Below, one piece after another: positions 24,976 through 38,682 of a DNA stretch of 64,000 nt. Source of the stretch: Octopus vulgaris (lineage: Eukaryota). Location of the stretch: assembly GCA_951406725.2 (NCBI GenBank), contig OX597831.1, positions 53,258,001 to 53,322,000 on the forward strand. Reading direction: 5' to 3'. Under the pieces are notes generated by a model, which was given only the letters and a program-made list of their open reading frames with translations, searched no databases and had not been told where the DNA came from. Numbering within the stretch: position 1 is the stretch's first letter; each line of letters starts with the position of its first letter. Made by a program: the position numbers and the translations under genes.

Positions 24976-27375
24976 TCTTTACTAATGCAGTTCATCAGCT
25001 ACATATTTCATGCTATTTTACCATATTATTAGAATTCTGGTGGCATTAAAGACTGAATCTTAAGATTTGTTTTGTCACATTCTTGACATATTTGATTCGC
25101 CTCAGGCTTATTTTAACACCAGAGTGTTTCATAGAGTGGAAAAAAAGACAATTAATTAAGAAGAAGAAATATATAAGAAAGCTTTGAGATTTGAGATGCA
25201 TGAATTGTCTAAACTAACTGATGTCTTAGCTTTAAAAAATCTGTGGAAAAAATTATAATAATTTCAATAAACACAATTGAATATGCTTTTTTTTGATGGG
25301 GGTGTAAGTGAGATTTTTTTTTCATACATAGCTGCTTGTATATTCATGTATAGCAACTATATATATATATATATATATACTACTCAAGCAGAGCTGCTGT
25401 GGTTTAAAATGTGATTTTTAATGTTGGCGCATTACTAGAAATTTGTAAAAGGTGAATTAAAATTGAATGAACCAACTCTAGCATATTGCTTATGTTTAAT
25501 TACTTTCTTAGTCCTAATGGGACATAAAAAAAAATGTTGATTCCAGCAGATTTTGAACTCGAGATGTAAAGATCTTGTTTCTGTTACACTAGGTAGAGAA
25601 GAAACCTGTGGCTCATTAAAATTGATGAAGATAATAAATATAATATAAATCTACATGAAAATATCTCTGCTGTGATTGATTTTCTATCATCAATTTGGAT
25701 GTTGAAAGTAATGTAACTGTGAGAAAAAAAATATGTTACATATTGATGATTATATTTTTGTAAAAAGAAAATAAAACAAAAGCAAAACTTGGAAAATTTG
25801 AAACAATACATATCATATTTTACATTTAACATTTTTCTGTTGTGTTATTGAATGTCTGTTTCAATTAAGTTGAAAGTAATCAAGAATCAGCAATATAAAA
25901 ATGGTGTTTGGAACATAGCTGAACAAATATTTCTTATACACGTCAATAATGGGAGGTTTTACTTTTGGTTAGGAATATTTTAAAATGTGAGTATTAATAT
26001 CATAGAACTAGATGTGGTTTCAGGTGTTTGGTATGAAAGAGAGTCGAACACATTCTCTTCTTATCAAATTTGTTTATGTCTGGATGTTTTACTATTACTA
26101 TTAATAGCTTAGTATACTTGAGTGAATGGACACAAAGATTTTCTGCAAATGTACATGTGATCTATCTATGCATGTTTTATTCTATGTGATAAGGAGTGCA
26201 TGATTGAGTTTCTAAATGTTTAGCTATGCATGTAAGCACCTCACTCTGCATCAGGATTCTATATTATTATTATTTGGCAAAATATTATTTTTATTTTGCA
26301 TTTTATTATTATTTTTTCTGTTATTTTCTTTATTCTAAAGGCCTTAGAATTAGCTCTCTTTTTCTGTTTGTTAGATCACTTCACTTCAGTAGTTCCCAAT
26401 TTCAAAGACAAGGCTAGCTAAATCCAAATTATATTATACTATGTCATGGATTTCCCTTGCTAAGATATATTCTTTTCAGATGATTTGACACTCCTCTCCA
26501 AACCTGAACTTCAATAATTTTTATAATAAAGTGATTCAGTAATCACTTTATTATAAAGATCTCATCTCATCTTTGCCCACTTATCCTTGAGAGGGTCATG
26601 GGGACAGATATATTTTAAGAATCTTATTTTACCAAACAACATTCTGTTAAGGAATTGGATACAGACATCAGTTGATTATCTTTTATGACAAAAGTTTTTG
26701 GTTAATGATGATGATGATGTGAAATGTACTGATAATTCTGGGTGTTTATATGAGTTAAAGTATGGCAGATGAAAGCATGGGCTGTTGCATAAAACATTAA
26801 TGAATAACAGAAGTGAGTTGGCTAAAATATGTGCAAATCCTGATTAGTTTTTTTAGTTATGCAGGAGACACAAGTACCAACATCCTGAATAAAGGTCTTC
26901 TTCAAATTTTACTGAATAATTTTCACCAATGCTGACCATTGCTAAACTACTTGGACTGTGTTTTTTTTTTATTTGCTGATTAAAATGTGATAGATACTGA
27001 ATTAAAAATGTTAGGTTGCCAAATTAGGATGCCATTAAGTAAAGTGAAAGTTAAATAGAAAGCCATCTTATTGGCTGAGTTACTGTAAAATTATGTCAAT
27101 CCATGTGAACATTAACCTTTAGCATTTAAACCAACTGTATCTGGGCTAAATATTTTAGCTGTTTTATGTTTTTATGTTCAAACCATCCAGACCTGGCCTC
27201 TTAAACCTGTCTTACAATGTCATTTTAAAAATCAACAATCATGTCATTGAACTCACAAAGCCATGAAATAATGCATGTTTAATTCAAAACAATATGAATA
27301 AATAAGCATTACATTTCATAGGGTAATCTGAATGCTACAGGATTAAATGACAATGTTAGGATGCTCATAGAATCT

Positions 27376-27981
27376 GGATCTTTACCTTTTGACCTACAGA
27401 TTTAGAAAATATTTTTTTCTAACTAAACACTTTCAAACTTCAGACACTGGTAGAATGTGTCATATAAAACATCTTTTACTCTTAGCATTTTTGAGAAAAA
27501 CTTATATTTACGAAGTTATTTCATGCGTTAAAGTTGTCCTATTTCGGTAATGTCAACCAATCAATGACGTGTATTCAACTGAATAAAATTACTGCTGTTG
27601 TTTGTCAACAAGAACTTCCAGTGGCGTATTTTTCGTTTGTCACTGTTATTTATGACAACTCTAACCCTAAAACCTGAAAATCAGTACAAACGCATGAATG
27701 ATGTCATAAATAACAGTGACAAGCGAAAAATACACCGCCGATAGTTGTTGTTGACAAACAACGGCAGTAATTTTATTCAGCTGAATACACATCATTGATT
27801 GGTTGAAATTACCAAAATACAAGAACTTTAACGTGAAATAACTTCGTAAATATAAGTTTTTCTCAAAAATGCTAAGAGTAAAAGATGTTTTATATGACAC
27901 ATTCTACCAGTGTCCGAAGTTTGAAAGTGTTTAGTTACAAAAAATTATTTTTTAAATCTGTAGGTCAAAAGGTAAAGATCC
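27376..27981. mobile_element. Foldback/MITE DNA transposon with about 280-bp TIRs and an 8-bp TSD (Merlin- or Mutator-like)
   Basis: Termini GGATCTTTACC/GGTAAAGATCC; TSD tagaatct at 27368-27375 and 27982-27989. Confidence 0.9.
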
Positions 27982-28652
27982 TAGAATCTAATCCCGTTTC
28001 TGTGAGGTTTTGTCAAACTTGTATAAATAAGATAATTCAACCAATAATTCAAAACTACCAGAAGATCAGAGAATACACTTATTCTAAGTGTCACAGCTAA
28101 GGCCATCTTTAATATAGCTTTCATTCTCTCACTTTTCTAATTATTAAAAATAATATTTACTAATTTTTTTAACAGTAAAATAACTGTCTTTTTGAGTAAT
28201 AAATAATTCATCCAGTGCTACCTTCTTGATCCATTTTCTGCATTACAGTCTATAATAATTCCACACTAATTCTAGTCTTTATTCCATTTAATATTCTTGT
28301 TTTTCAACTTTCTTCCACTCCTGTGTTTATTCATTAAACAATGCTTTTGTATCTCTCAGTTACTTGGCCATATTTCATCTCATACCCCAATATATTACTA
28401 CAAAAATTATGCTTCCTAGCTTACCTTGGTCTGCTATTTTCCCGTTTCTTTAGTTTCTTTTTATTCTTTCTCTCTTTATGCTTTAATGCAATCATCTTAA
28501 TACTATTTTACTTAGCAGTCTTTATTCTTATAAACACAATTATATTAGGTATCTGTTAATTACCATGACATTTGTTATGTAATATATATATATATATATG
28601 TTTGTTTTATAATTGAGAACATGCACATATATCTATGAGTTTCAGGTGTAAT

Positions 28653-28826
28653 CATGATGTTCCAGTGATCTGATGAGCTAGCATTCTTTATTTGCATTCT
28701 TTTGAATATACAATTGTATAATGCAAGCATACTTATTAATGTAAACGTGTGCATAATTTCTTTCAAACAAAAATTAATACTATGTGAATGAGGTTGTGAA
28801 ACAGCTATAACCCTATGGAAATCATG
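28653..28826 (+). ncRNA. Degenerate hammerhead motif with long stem II insertion
   Basis: CTGATGA at 28670, GAAA-CAGCTA-TA at 28798; flanks catgat.ttcca / tggaa.atcatg are complementary. Confidence 0.4.
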
Positions 28827-28880
28827 TGGTTTAAATAAATATATATTCACCTTGCATACCTCCTGGGTTTATGATTTTGT

Positions 28881-28959
<79 letters not shown>

Positions 28960-31549
28960 TACATAAATATGTATGTACATATCACTATTTTGATTTTTCA
29001 TGATTATAGCCTTTTTGATATTCTGTGATTGAAAGAGCAGGTGGGGTTTAATTTCATAAGGAATATTTTCCACATTTGTAACAATAAAATATGTCATAAA
29101 ATTTTGAAATATTCACTTATTTTATTATTTTCAGTGTATATTCTATGACAGTTAATGAAAATAATCTCTTTTTCTTATTTAAAAATTCTTCTTCACTTAT
29201 TTTCTGATTACTTTGTATCAGCAGCACATGACATTCATCATTGTATAATGTCCGCTTTCCATGCCAGCATGGGTTGGACAGTTTGACATGGAGCTTGCCA
29301 GACTCCAATTGTCTGTTGTGGCATGGTTTCTATGGCTTGATGACCTTTGTAATGTCAACCACTTAACAGAGTGTGCAGGGTGCTATTTATGCAGCACCGG
29401 CATGGGTGTGTTTATGCAGCACCAGCACAGGGGCATTTATGCAGCACCGACATGGGTATGTTTACGCAGCACCACCATGGTTGCATTTACGCAGTACCAG
29501 TACAATATACATATATATCTATATATATATATATATATATATTCTTTCAGTTTTTGTCTACCAAATCCGCTGACACGGCTTTGGTTGGTCCAAAGCTATA
29601 GTAGAAAACACTTGCCCAAGGTGCCACATAGTGGGACTGAACCCTGAACTATGTGGTTGGGAATCAAGCTTCCTACCACATAGCCACCCCTGCGCTATAT
29701 ATCTATATCTATATATATAAATGAAATCTCTAAAAAATGTTATTTCAAGACAAATATTGCTGTTTAGCAGGCTTTCAGCAATTTATCTGTTTTAAGTATG
29801 ATACACAGATTACACGTATATATCTTAAGTTTATATTTTAGTTGAAATTGACCTTATTTCATTTATTTTAATTTTTATTTTAAGACTCCTCACTTCATAT
29901 GTTATGCTTTCAATAATAGTATATATTCTAATAGTATATATTCTCATAGTATATATTCTAAAATTTAATATTTTTACTTAGGTGATTGTATGAACTTTTT
30001 CTTTTGTGTTATTTTTTTGTCAAAATTAACTTAATTGTATCCTATTTGAAGTCACACATTAAGAAGAGCATGTTTTTATATAATCCTTCTTTTATGCTTT
30101 AAAGCAAAGAAAAATTTCCCTTTCAAATTTCTTATATAGTAAATGGTGCACACAATATAACTTGATAGATAATTAACCCTTTCATTATTGTATTTATTTT
30201 GAGATGCTCTGTGTTTCTTTCAATTATTTTAAATATAACAAAGAATTTAGTAAAATAACTTAGTCATCATTAAGATGGTGTTGGGAACATAAATTGAGAC
30301 TAAGGTTTGGTGGAAGATTTTAATTCAAAACTTATGAAAACAAGACATTTGTACTACAGAGCCACAGCTGGTTTCTGTCGGGTTGGTAACGAAAGGGTTT
30401 AAAGTTAAGGAAATGCCACAACATTACTACTGATATATGTAAGTCACCTATCTTTGAGACCAACTTTGCTATGACTTTGTCACATCAAACTGTCATTGTG
30501 AAGGTACACTATACTGGTTTCTTTCTTGTTGCCTTCTGCAGGTAGACATGAAGTCTAAAATTTGCAATGAAAATAAATGTGATTTTTTGCTCATCATGCT
30601 TGTCCTTTTAACCCGTTAGCATTTAAACCAGCCGTATCTGGCCAAAAGTATTCTGCCTGTTTTATGCTCAAACTGGCCATATCTGGTCTCTCACACCAAC
30701 CTTACAATATCATCTTAAAAATTAATAGCTACCTCATCAAAATCTCATAGCTGCAAGATAATGCATGATTAGTTCAAAACAATGTGAATAAAAAAGCATT
30801 AACTTTGGCAGAATAATGTGAACACTAAAGGGTTAAGGAGAACAAGGACAATGCTGTAAGAGCAAGAAAATAAGGTGTGACTGGGAGTCAAAAACTGAAT
30901 TGCTGATGGTGCTACTTGTTGGAAGCATACCCTTTTCCACGACACATTTTGAGTAATAATTAAAAGAAGCTGTTGATTCCTCATTAAAAACTGAAACGAA
31001 TATCCTCTCTAGGCATTTTGAATAGATGACGGTGTGTCTGTGTGTTTCTAGAATAATATCTTCTATTTCATGTTAGATTAAGTATGATCTTATACAATAA
31101 ACAAATGGTGGTGAGCTGGCAGAATTGTTAGCATGCCAGAGAAAATGCTTAGCAGTATTTCTTCCATCTTTACATTCTGAGTTCAAATTCCACCAAAGTA
31201 AACTTCATTTTTCATCCTTTTGGGCCGAGCACTGAAGTTGATGTAATCAACTAGCCCCAACCACCCCAAATTTCAGGCTTTGTGCTTATAGCAGAAATAA
31301 TTGTTGTTGTCGTTGTTATTATTATTATTATTATTATTATCATTATTAAGGCAGTGAAGTGGTAGAATTATTAGCATGCTGTCATCCATCTTTCCATTCT
31401 GAATTCAAATTCCGCTGAGGCTGACTTTGCCTTTCATCCTTTGAAGGTTGATAAAATAAGTGCCTGCTGAATACTAGGGTTGATGTAATTGACCATCTCC
31501 CTCCTGCAAATTTCAGGTCTTGTGCCTATAGTAGAAAGGAGGAGGAGGA

Positions 31550-31687
31550 TCATCATCATCATCATTATTATCATCATCATTATTATCATCATCATTATTA
31601 TCATCATTATTATCATTATTATTATCATTATTATTATCATTATTATTATCATTATTATTATTATTATCATTATCATTATTATTATTA

Positions 31688-31723
<36 letters not shown>
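31550..31723. repeat. (ATC/ATT)n microsatellite, SINE tail
   Basis: Direct reading. Confidence 0.95.
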
Positions 31724-31724
<1 letters not shown>

Positions 31725-31943
31725 GTTAATGTAAGTTCTTTATTTTATTTTTTCTTCAAACTTTCAGTTAAACAGTTATTTTTCTCTTCAGCTTGGCATT
31801 ATCTGCACAAATCAATGTGAAAATGCTAGAAAACTTAAAAAGAATTTCTCTTCTTTTTTATCTAGATTTGATATTTTCTTCTGTCTTTGATTAAAGAATA
31901 TGAATTGGGTTACATTAATGTACTTGCTTTCTGTGCCTTTCAG

Positions 31944-32407
31944 GATCTAGGATTGGTCCAAGAGAAAGAGTATGCTTTGGTGCTGCATCGACATTCTCGA
32001 ACATCTGGCGGCAATAATGACAACACAGGGGGACAGAACAACGATGAATACAACGTTGGCGTCGTTGTGAAGTTAGACACCTTGGGTGGTAGTGGAAGCA
32101 GCAGTACTGGGAGCAGTACAGGGGCAGTGGGACAGAATTCCAGCAAAGATAACACTGTACTTCAACTGGAGTTCTTCCTTGTCCTCACCAGCAAATGTGA
32201 GCTGCTACCCACACAGAGTTTTGTGCAGAAGCTGGGCGGGGCTCTTCGAGCTACCAGTGCATCAGCGTCGCCGGGTGTTGAAGAAGAATTTGATCAGGTC
32301 TATGTGCCAGTTAAACAACATATTGGCGTCAGGTCTGAAACTACCAATAAGACACGTGGCCTCTCTCCATTCCATCGCCTGGTTACACGAGAAGTAGATG
32401 CAGCCAA
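31944..32407 (+). CDS. SZT2: SZT2 exon (DLGLVQEKEYALVLHR...LQLEFFLVLTSKCELLP...REVDAAK)
   Basis: ctttcag acceptor, AA|gtaagt donor, phase 0 to 2, long open frame with high GC. Confidence 0.9.
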
Positions 32408-33184
32408 GTAAGTAGAGTAAAGTTTCTGTTACTATCAACTAAAAAAGAAATATCCAGTTCAATGCTAAAAGAAAGCTTCCACAAATGCATGCAAAACATT
32501 CAGTATCTTATCATCATCATCATCATCATCATTTAAAGTCCGCTTTCCATGCTAGCATGGGTTGGACGATTTGACTGAGGTTTGGCAAACGAGATGGCTG
32601 CAGCACACTCCAATGTGATCTGGCAGAGTTTCTACAGCTGGATGCCTTTCCTAACGCCAACCACCCCGAGAGTGTAGTGGATGCTTTTACGTGCCACCGG
32701 CACGAGAGCCAGTCAGGTGGTACTGGCAGTGGCCACGCTCAAATGGTGCTTTTTATTTGCCACCTGCACAGGAGCCAGTCCAGTGAAGGTCTTGAATACA
32801 GTATCTTAAGGATTGTCAAAAAAATTCTTTCTCTTTTTAATCAACAAGCATGGCTGTGTGATTAAGAAGTTACTTTCCAACCTCATGGTTTCAGACTTGG
32901 TCCCACTGTGTGGTGTGGCATCTTGGGCAAGTGTCTCCTACTAGAACCCTGGTTTGACCAAATCTTTATGAGTATATTTGGTAGATGGAAACTAAAAGAT
33001 GCCTATCACACATGCACGTGCGTTTCCTTGCCTTCATGCTGTACAATACTTGTAAATGTGTGTTATAGTCATTTTTGATCCTCTGTGAAAACATCCAGAC
33101 ATAGGGAAAATATTATCTAAAAGGTATTGAATACTATTTCTATCATCTTTATTACCAATAGTCATTGTCATTAACCCTTTAGAT

Positions 33185-33446
33185 AATAAAAAATATATGC
33201 GCCCTTTTAAAGCCTAGCCAGGCTCATGGGCCCGGTTTCCCAGTTTCAGTGGTGTATGTGTTCCCCAGCTGGATGGGACGCCAGTCCATCGCAGCATTAC
33301 TCATTTTTTGCCAGCTGAGTGGACTGGGGCAACAGGAAATGAAGTGTTTTGCTCAAGAACACAACGCGTCGCCCGGTCCAGGAATCGAAACCACAATCTT
33401 ACGATCATGATGCTGACACCTTAACCACTAAGCTACGCGCCACCAC
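33185..33446 (-). mobile_element. Young tRNA-derived SINE
   Basis: CpG-rich tRNA-like head on the minus strand; TSD cattaaccc(t/a)ttag. Confidence 0.85.
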
Positions 33447-34054
33447 CATTAACCCATTAGCATTCATATTGCTCTGTGAAATGTGATGCTTATTTATTCG
33501 CATTATTTTGAATTAATCATGCATCGTCTCATAGCTTTGAGATTTTGCTGGTGTGATTGTTTACTTTTTGATTGGCATTGTAAGGTAGGTGTGAGAGGCC
33601 AGACCTAGCCAGTCTGAACATAAAATAGGTAAACTATTTGAGCCAATTATGACCAGTTTAAATGCTAAAGGGTTAAACCTGGTATTGTCTCTTTTGTTAT
33701 CAACTTCATGGTCTTCATAATCTTTATTGTCTTTTTTATGACATCCCCATAGCTTAGCAGTTCAGCCAAAGGGACTAACAGAATAAGTACCACTGTTAAA
33801 GTACTGGGGTTGATCTCTTGATTCAAACCTTTCATAGCAGTGCCCCAGCATGGCCACAGTTCAATAGCTGAAACAAGTAAAAGCTGAAAGAGAGCATAGT
33901 AATGAATGAAGTATATTTGCAAGTTTATTTTCAGATTTGTAACCATTAAGATTTACATGTTAGGTTTTCAATGCTTTACTGTACTACAAGAGTATGTCTA
34001 TAGATTTCTAACCAACACTGTATGTTTTGACAGATGTAAGTATCTTATCTATAT

Positions 34055-34570
34055 ACTAGCAGTATCGCCCGGCGTTGCTCGGTTTGTAAGGGAAATAACT
34101 ATATAAGCATTTTTAGAGAGTTACTTCCCTTATAGATGCCAATTCGGGCTTTCTTAGCCATTTCTGTTTTGGTGTCTTCAAGCCATGAAGTCGTTGTTCT
34201 AAAAGAACGCTGGTCTCCTTGACAACGCTTTACGACATTGATTTCCTTACACTCCCTTCCCCACAGCTTCACGAGGGAGGGAAGAAAAGGAGAAGCAAAC
34301 AGGTGCAGGTGTGACCATGGACGCCAACTCCGCCGCCATCGACACACGAAAAATTATGCATTAAAATGGAATAAAAAATGATGTTAAATTATTTTTTAAA
34401 TCGTAGACTCATCGTAGACGCGCACTAATAGCCAGACGGGCTCGATATGAATCACGACTATAAGATACCCGAATTTGGTTAAACTGCACCGCAAAATGTG
34501 GGAGTAGTTAGGAATTTAAATCGTAGGAGACAGACACTCACACAACTACAGTTTCATATATATAGATATA
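34055..34570 (+). mobile_element. Helitron/Helentron-derived non-autonomous element (Lep1/DINE-1-like)
   Basis: Starts actagcagtatcgcccggcgttgctcgg and ends gacagac...tatatatagat; CpG-rich. Confidence 0.6.
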
Positions 34571-34781
34571 TAGATATATCATGTACCAGAAACATTGTAA
34601 ACACAGTGATTTATTAAATTTCCTGAAGTAGGTGCTGGTGTGACATTGTGGTAAAAAGCTTGCTTCCCAACCACATGGTTTGGGCTCAGTCCCACTGCAT
34701 GGCACTTTGGCTAAGCGTCTTCTGTTATGGCCTCAGGATAACCAATGCTTTGTGAGTGGATTTGACTGACAGAAATTGAAA

Positions 34782-35020
34782 CAAAGGTGGCGAGCTGGCA
34801 GAAACGTTAGCATGCTGGGCGAAATGCTTAGCGGTATTTCGATTGCTGTTACGTTCTGTGTTCAAATTCCGCCGAGGTCAACTTTGCCTTTCATCCTTTC
34901 GGGAGTTGATAAATTAAGTACCAGTTATGCACTGGGGTCGATGTAATTGACTTAATCCCTTTGTCTGTCCTTGTTTGTCCCCTCTATGTTTAGCCCCTTG
35001 TGGGCAATAAAGAAATAAGA
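34782..35020 (+). mobile_element. SINE (ggcgagctggcagaaacgttagc family) nested in another SINE
   Basis: Family also seen at about 12540, 16110, 31105, 31350 and 47365; TSD-like agaaa(t/c)tgaaacaa. Confidence 0.75.
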
Positions 35021-35320
35021 AACTGAAACAAGCCTGTCGTGTGTGTGTCTTTCTGCCTGTGTTTGTACTCCACCAACACTTAATAACCAGTGTTGGTGTG
35101 TTTACATCCCTGTAACTTAGCAGTTCAGTGCAAGAGACCAATAGAATAAGTACTAGACTTAAAAAAGAAAAAAAAGTAGTGGGGTTGACTCATTCAGCTA
35201 AAAATTCTTCAAGGTGGTACCCCTAGCATAGTTACAGCCTAATGACTGAAACAAGTGAATGACAAAAGATTAAAGTAATTCCAGAAGAGATTTTATTTAC
35301 TTTTTTTGTTTATTTCACAG

Positions 35321-35450
35321 GAGAAAAATAGAAAGGACAGTTATGTCATGCATGGCCAAATGCCGCCGAGACATATTATGGGAACGTCTATTAAAGGGAG
35401 GACAAGAAGAAGATGGGAAGAAGAAGAAGAAATCTGAAGGAGACGAAGGA
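35321..35450 (+). CDS. SZT2: SZT2 exon (RKIERTVMSCMAKCRRDILWERLL...)
   Basis: cacag acceptor, gtatgt donor; CRRD.LW.RL motif of the SZT2 C-terminus. Confidence 0.93.
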
Positions 35451-36483
35451 GTATGTGGACATTTTTTTCATTTTTCTTATTCATTTATTTTGAGATATCT
35501 GCAACAGCTGCCATTTCTTGGTCATCATAATACGGGAAGCAGAGAGTTACAGTAGTGGTTCACAGAAGGCGATAAGTTGATTACCTCAACTCCAGTGATC
35601 ATGAGGTACTTATTTTATTGACCCCAAAAAGACCCCAAAAAGACTGGCAGAATTTGAACACGGAGCATAAAGACAGACAAAATGTAGTTAAGCATTTTGT
35701 CTGGTGTGCTAACAATTCTACCACCTTGCCGTCTATATTAGGTTAATATTAGATAATCTTAAGCAATGTTACATAGGCACAATAATTATATTAACTCTTT
35801 TTTGCATATCTCAAGGTAAATAGATACTAATGAACATCATCATCATCATCATCACTAATTAATGTCCATTTTCCTTGCTAGCATGAGTTGAAATGATTTG
35901 ACAGAGTAACAGGGCTGCATTGTGCTCCAATGTCAGTTTTGGCTTGGTTTCTACAACTGGATGCCCTTCCTGATGTCAACTACACTACAGTGTGCACTAG
36001 GGGTCCTTTTTGTGCCACTCTTGCCAAGTAGCTTGCAAGAGTGGAAAAAAAAAACAAAGAAGAAAAAGGAAAAAGCCTCCTCAGCTAGGTGGCGGCAGCG
36101 GTTGTTGTCGTTTTTGAGAAGATGAGAAATGGTTTTATGCCAAGTATTAGGGGGTTAAAGTATGATAGAGGGATAAGTACAGGTGTCTTTGCTATAGTAA
36201 AGATACATAACTACTCTGCACTATATAAGGGTGGATGGGAATAACTAGGAAGGAGATATGATAGTAGTAGTGGGGTGCCAGAGCAAACCCTCAAGCAAAA
36301 AGAGAGAATATGGGCCCTAAAATAAAAATATTTATTAAGCTGAAACTGGAAACAAGTTTCTTGTTTGTATATTTAGTAAATATATGTTATCAATAATAGT
36401 AATACTGTTGCACTATCCATTAATTATATATGTCACATTATCCTAATTAACAATGACAAAAGTATGTACCCAGCATTACTTAA

Positions 36484-37564
36484 CCCTTTCGTTACTATAT
36501 TTCTGACCAAAATACATCCCTTATGTGTTTCAATTAATTTCTAACATAATCATAAATTTAGCCTGGTTTCATTAAACAACTATAACTTTTTTATTTATCA
36601 ATATATTAACGTGAATTTTGGAAGATAATTTAATGAAATGTTCTCAACCAATTCTATACTATAAGTTTTGTCACAAAGTGACTCTAATTGCAGGTAGATA
36701 CAGGTAAATTCAACAAAATATAAAATTATTAAAATTTTGTTCAAACATCGCTATAGAAAATGGGTTATTAGCTAATATTCAATTGGGTATACAACAAAAT
36801 TTTACGATAGAATTTGTTATTCTGGGTAACTTTCTGATACCCATAATAATATTTATGGCAAAATAGTCTTAATTTCATTTAAGGTTATGGGAAACCACTA
36901 ACTAATCCTTTCTTTCGTTTTGTTTACATTTAGCGTAACGGTTTGTTTCTGCCGTAATGATTTCAAATAGGCTCATTCGAAAAAGTAAAAAGAAATAGTC
37001 TAAGGCTTTACTCTACTAGGAAAGTATGTGGCTTGGTCCAGTTTCTTCAGAAAAATCACCGAAAGAAACAGTTTTTTAATTTTCACTCCATTCAGGTGCC
37101 AATTCATTTTCTTTATCGCTGTCGGAGCTCTCGGATTCATTGTTTTCACTTTCGGAAAAATGAAACATCAGATTCATTATCAAATACCACATGCTTTTTT
37201 TTTTTTCAGTCATAGAGTTAGATTTATGAAGGTCTTCAGTAGAAAATCCTTCGAATTCTAACTCACTGCTTGATATAATGAAATTCGTATCCATTTTTTG
37301 TCAGAATTACAAATTTTGAAAACACAATAGGAACAAATTTCGGAAAAAAATCTCCCAAAAATTCACGGAATTAAAATTACACTTCGATTTTTGTACAAAA
37401 CTGTAGTTGAACTCTTTACGAAGTATATTACGTATTTTCACGAATGTACTAAAGAGATTTGCTCTGATATTCTCATTTAAATATGAATAGGTAAATTCGG
37501 GTGGCTTTGGGCGGTTTGGTCACATTAACCAAAATTTTTTTCGGGCGGTTTGGTAACGAAAGGG
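36484..37564 (-). mobile_element. Internally deleted piggyBac element
   Basis: TTAA TSDs, TIRs CCCTTTCGTTAC/GTAACGAAAGGG; acidic N-terminal transposase-like remnant at 37076-37294 (-). Confidence 0.85.
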
Positions 37565-38137
37565 TTAAGTAACACTCCAGTTAGTATAGTGTAACCAAAG
37601 GAGATAAACCCAGTAAGCTCAGCTATCTTTCTTTCAGAGATAGACAAACCCAGAGAGACAGGGGGACTCTGCCAGTTGTGTTACTTAAATACCTCTCTCT
37701 CTTTCTCCATAGATTTTGGACTATTCAAAACTATTTAACACCAACCATCATCATCATCACTATTGCTATTGTTCATACTGTCATGGCAAACCTTTTTTAG
37801 CCTGGCATAAATTTTAATTTCTATAATAATTCTGTTATTGCAATGTCATTTACATATGTGTACAAGTGTTTTAGTTTTAGAAGTAAATACTAGTCTATTT
37901 AGCTGTAAATAAATGATGACAATGTGGGAAGGAATAAACAAAATTGAATTTTAAAAGAAGACAACATTTATTTTAAAGATATATTTATATCACCTATTTA
38001 TCAGATTGTGTAAATTATAACCAAATTTCTGTGTTTGTATTTTATAAGACCAAAGAGTAATTTCACTCATCTTTCTGTTTGACCAAGTTTTTGCCTTTCA
38101 AACGTTTTTAATTTTCATTTTCTACCGTTTCTTTCAG

Positions 38138-38338
38138 CTCTTTCGTCTTACATTTTCTGAATTTGAAGAACTGATGTGCATGGTTGAGTCCTCATCTTTG
38201 AGTGAACTGGATGAGCGACTTTTACATTTCACTAACATGGGTCGCAACTGGTTCAATACATTACTTACTTACCTTCCTAGTCGATATGGTGACCAGTTTC
38301 GACATTTCGTCAATGCTGATGGCAAAATACAATGTGCA
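38138..38338 (+). CDS. SZT2: SZT2 exon (LFRLTFSEFEELM...LSELDERL...DGKIQCA)
   Basis: ctttcag acceptor, gtatgt donor, 67 codons. Confidence 0.92.
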
Positions 38339-38465
38339 GTATGTAGGATTTTTGAAATATTCTCAAATTTTATTATCATGAACCACATGGTTCAGTATTT
38401 TATGTACCTAGAAATAAGTTGGGATGGTCACAACTTAAAAATTGGAGATGAATACATAAATAATA

Positions 38466-38682
38466 CGAAGGGGTGCTGAAAAGTTCCTGGCTTTAAGGGT
38501 ATCGCAAAAGGCCTGGTTGGAGGCCCAACCTTCCGGTTTCTTTTACAGGGCTTCGAAAAACTGAAGGACTGCTGCAATAAATATGTGAACCTGAGAGAGG
38601 AATATGTTGAATAAAATCATAATTAACTGATCCTCCTGTATATTTTTTTACCTAAAGCCAGGAACTTTTTAGCACCCCTTCA
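38466..38682 (+). mobile_element. Mariner MITE
   Basis: TIRs cgaaggggtgctgaaaagttcctggcttta / taaagccaggaactttttagcaccccttc; C-terminal remnant resembling KCVNLRGEYVE. Confidence 0.85.

Noticed and set aside
30542-30580. Additional exon after the strong acceptor ccttctgcag
   Set aside because: No convincing phase-0 donor; the frame runs into a stop in the adjacent MITE
31434-31734. Poly-Ile / Ile-Met ORFs
   Set aside because: Translation of an (ATT/ATC)n microsatellite
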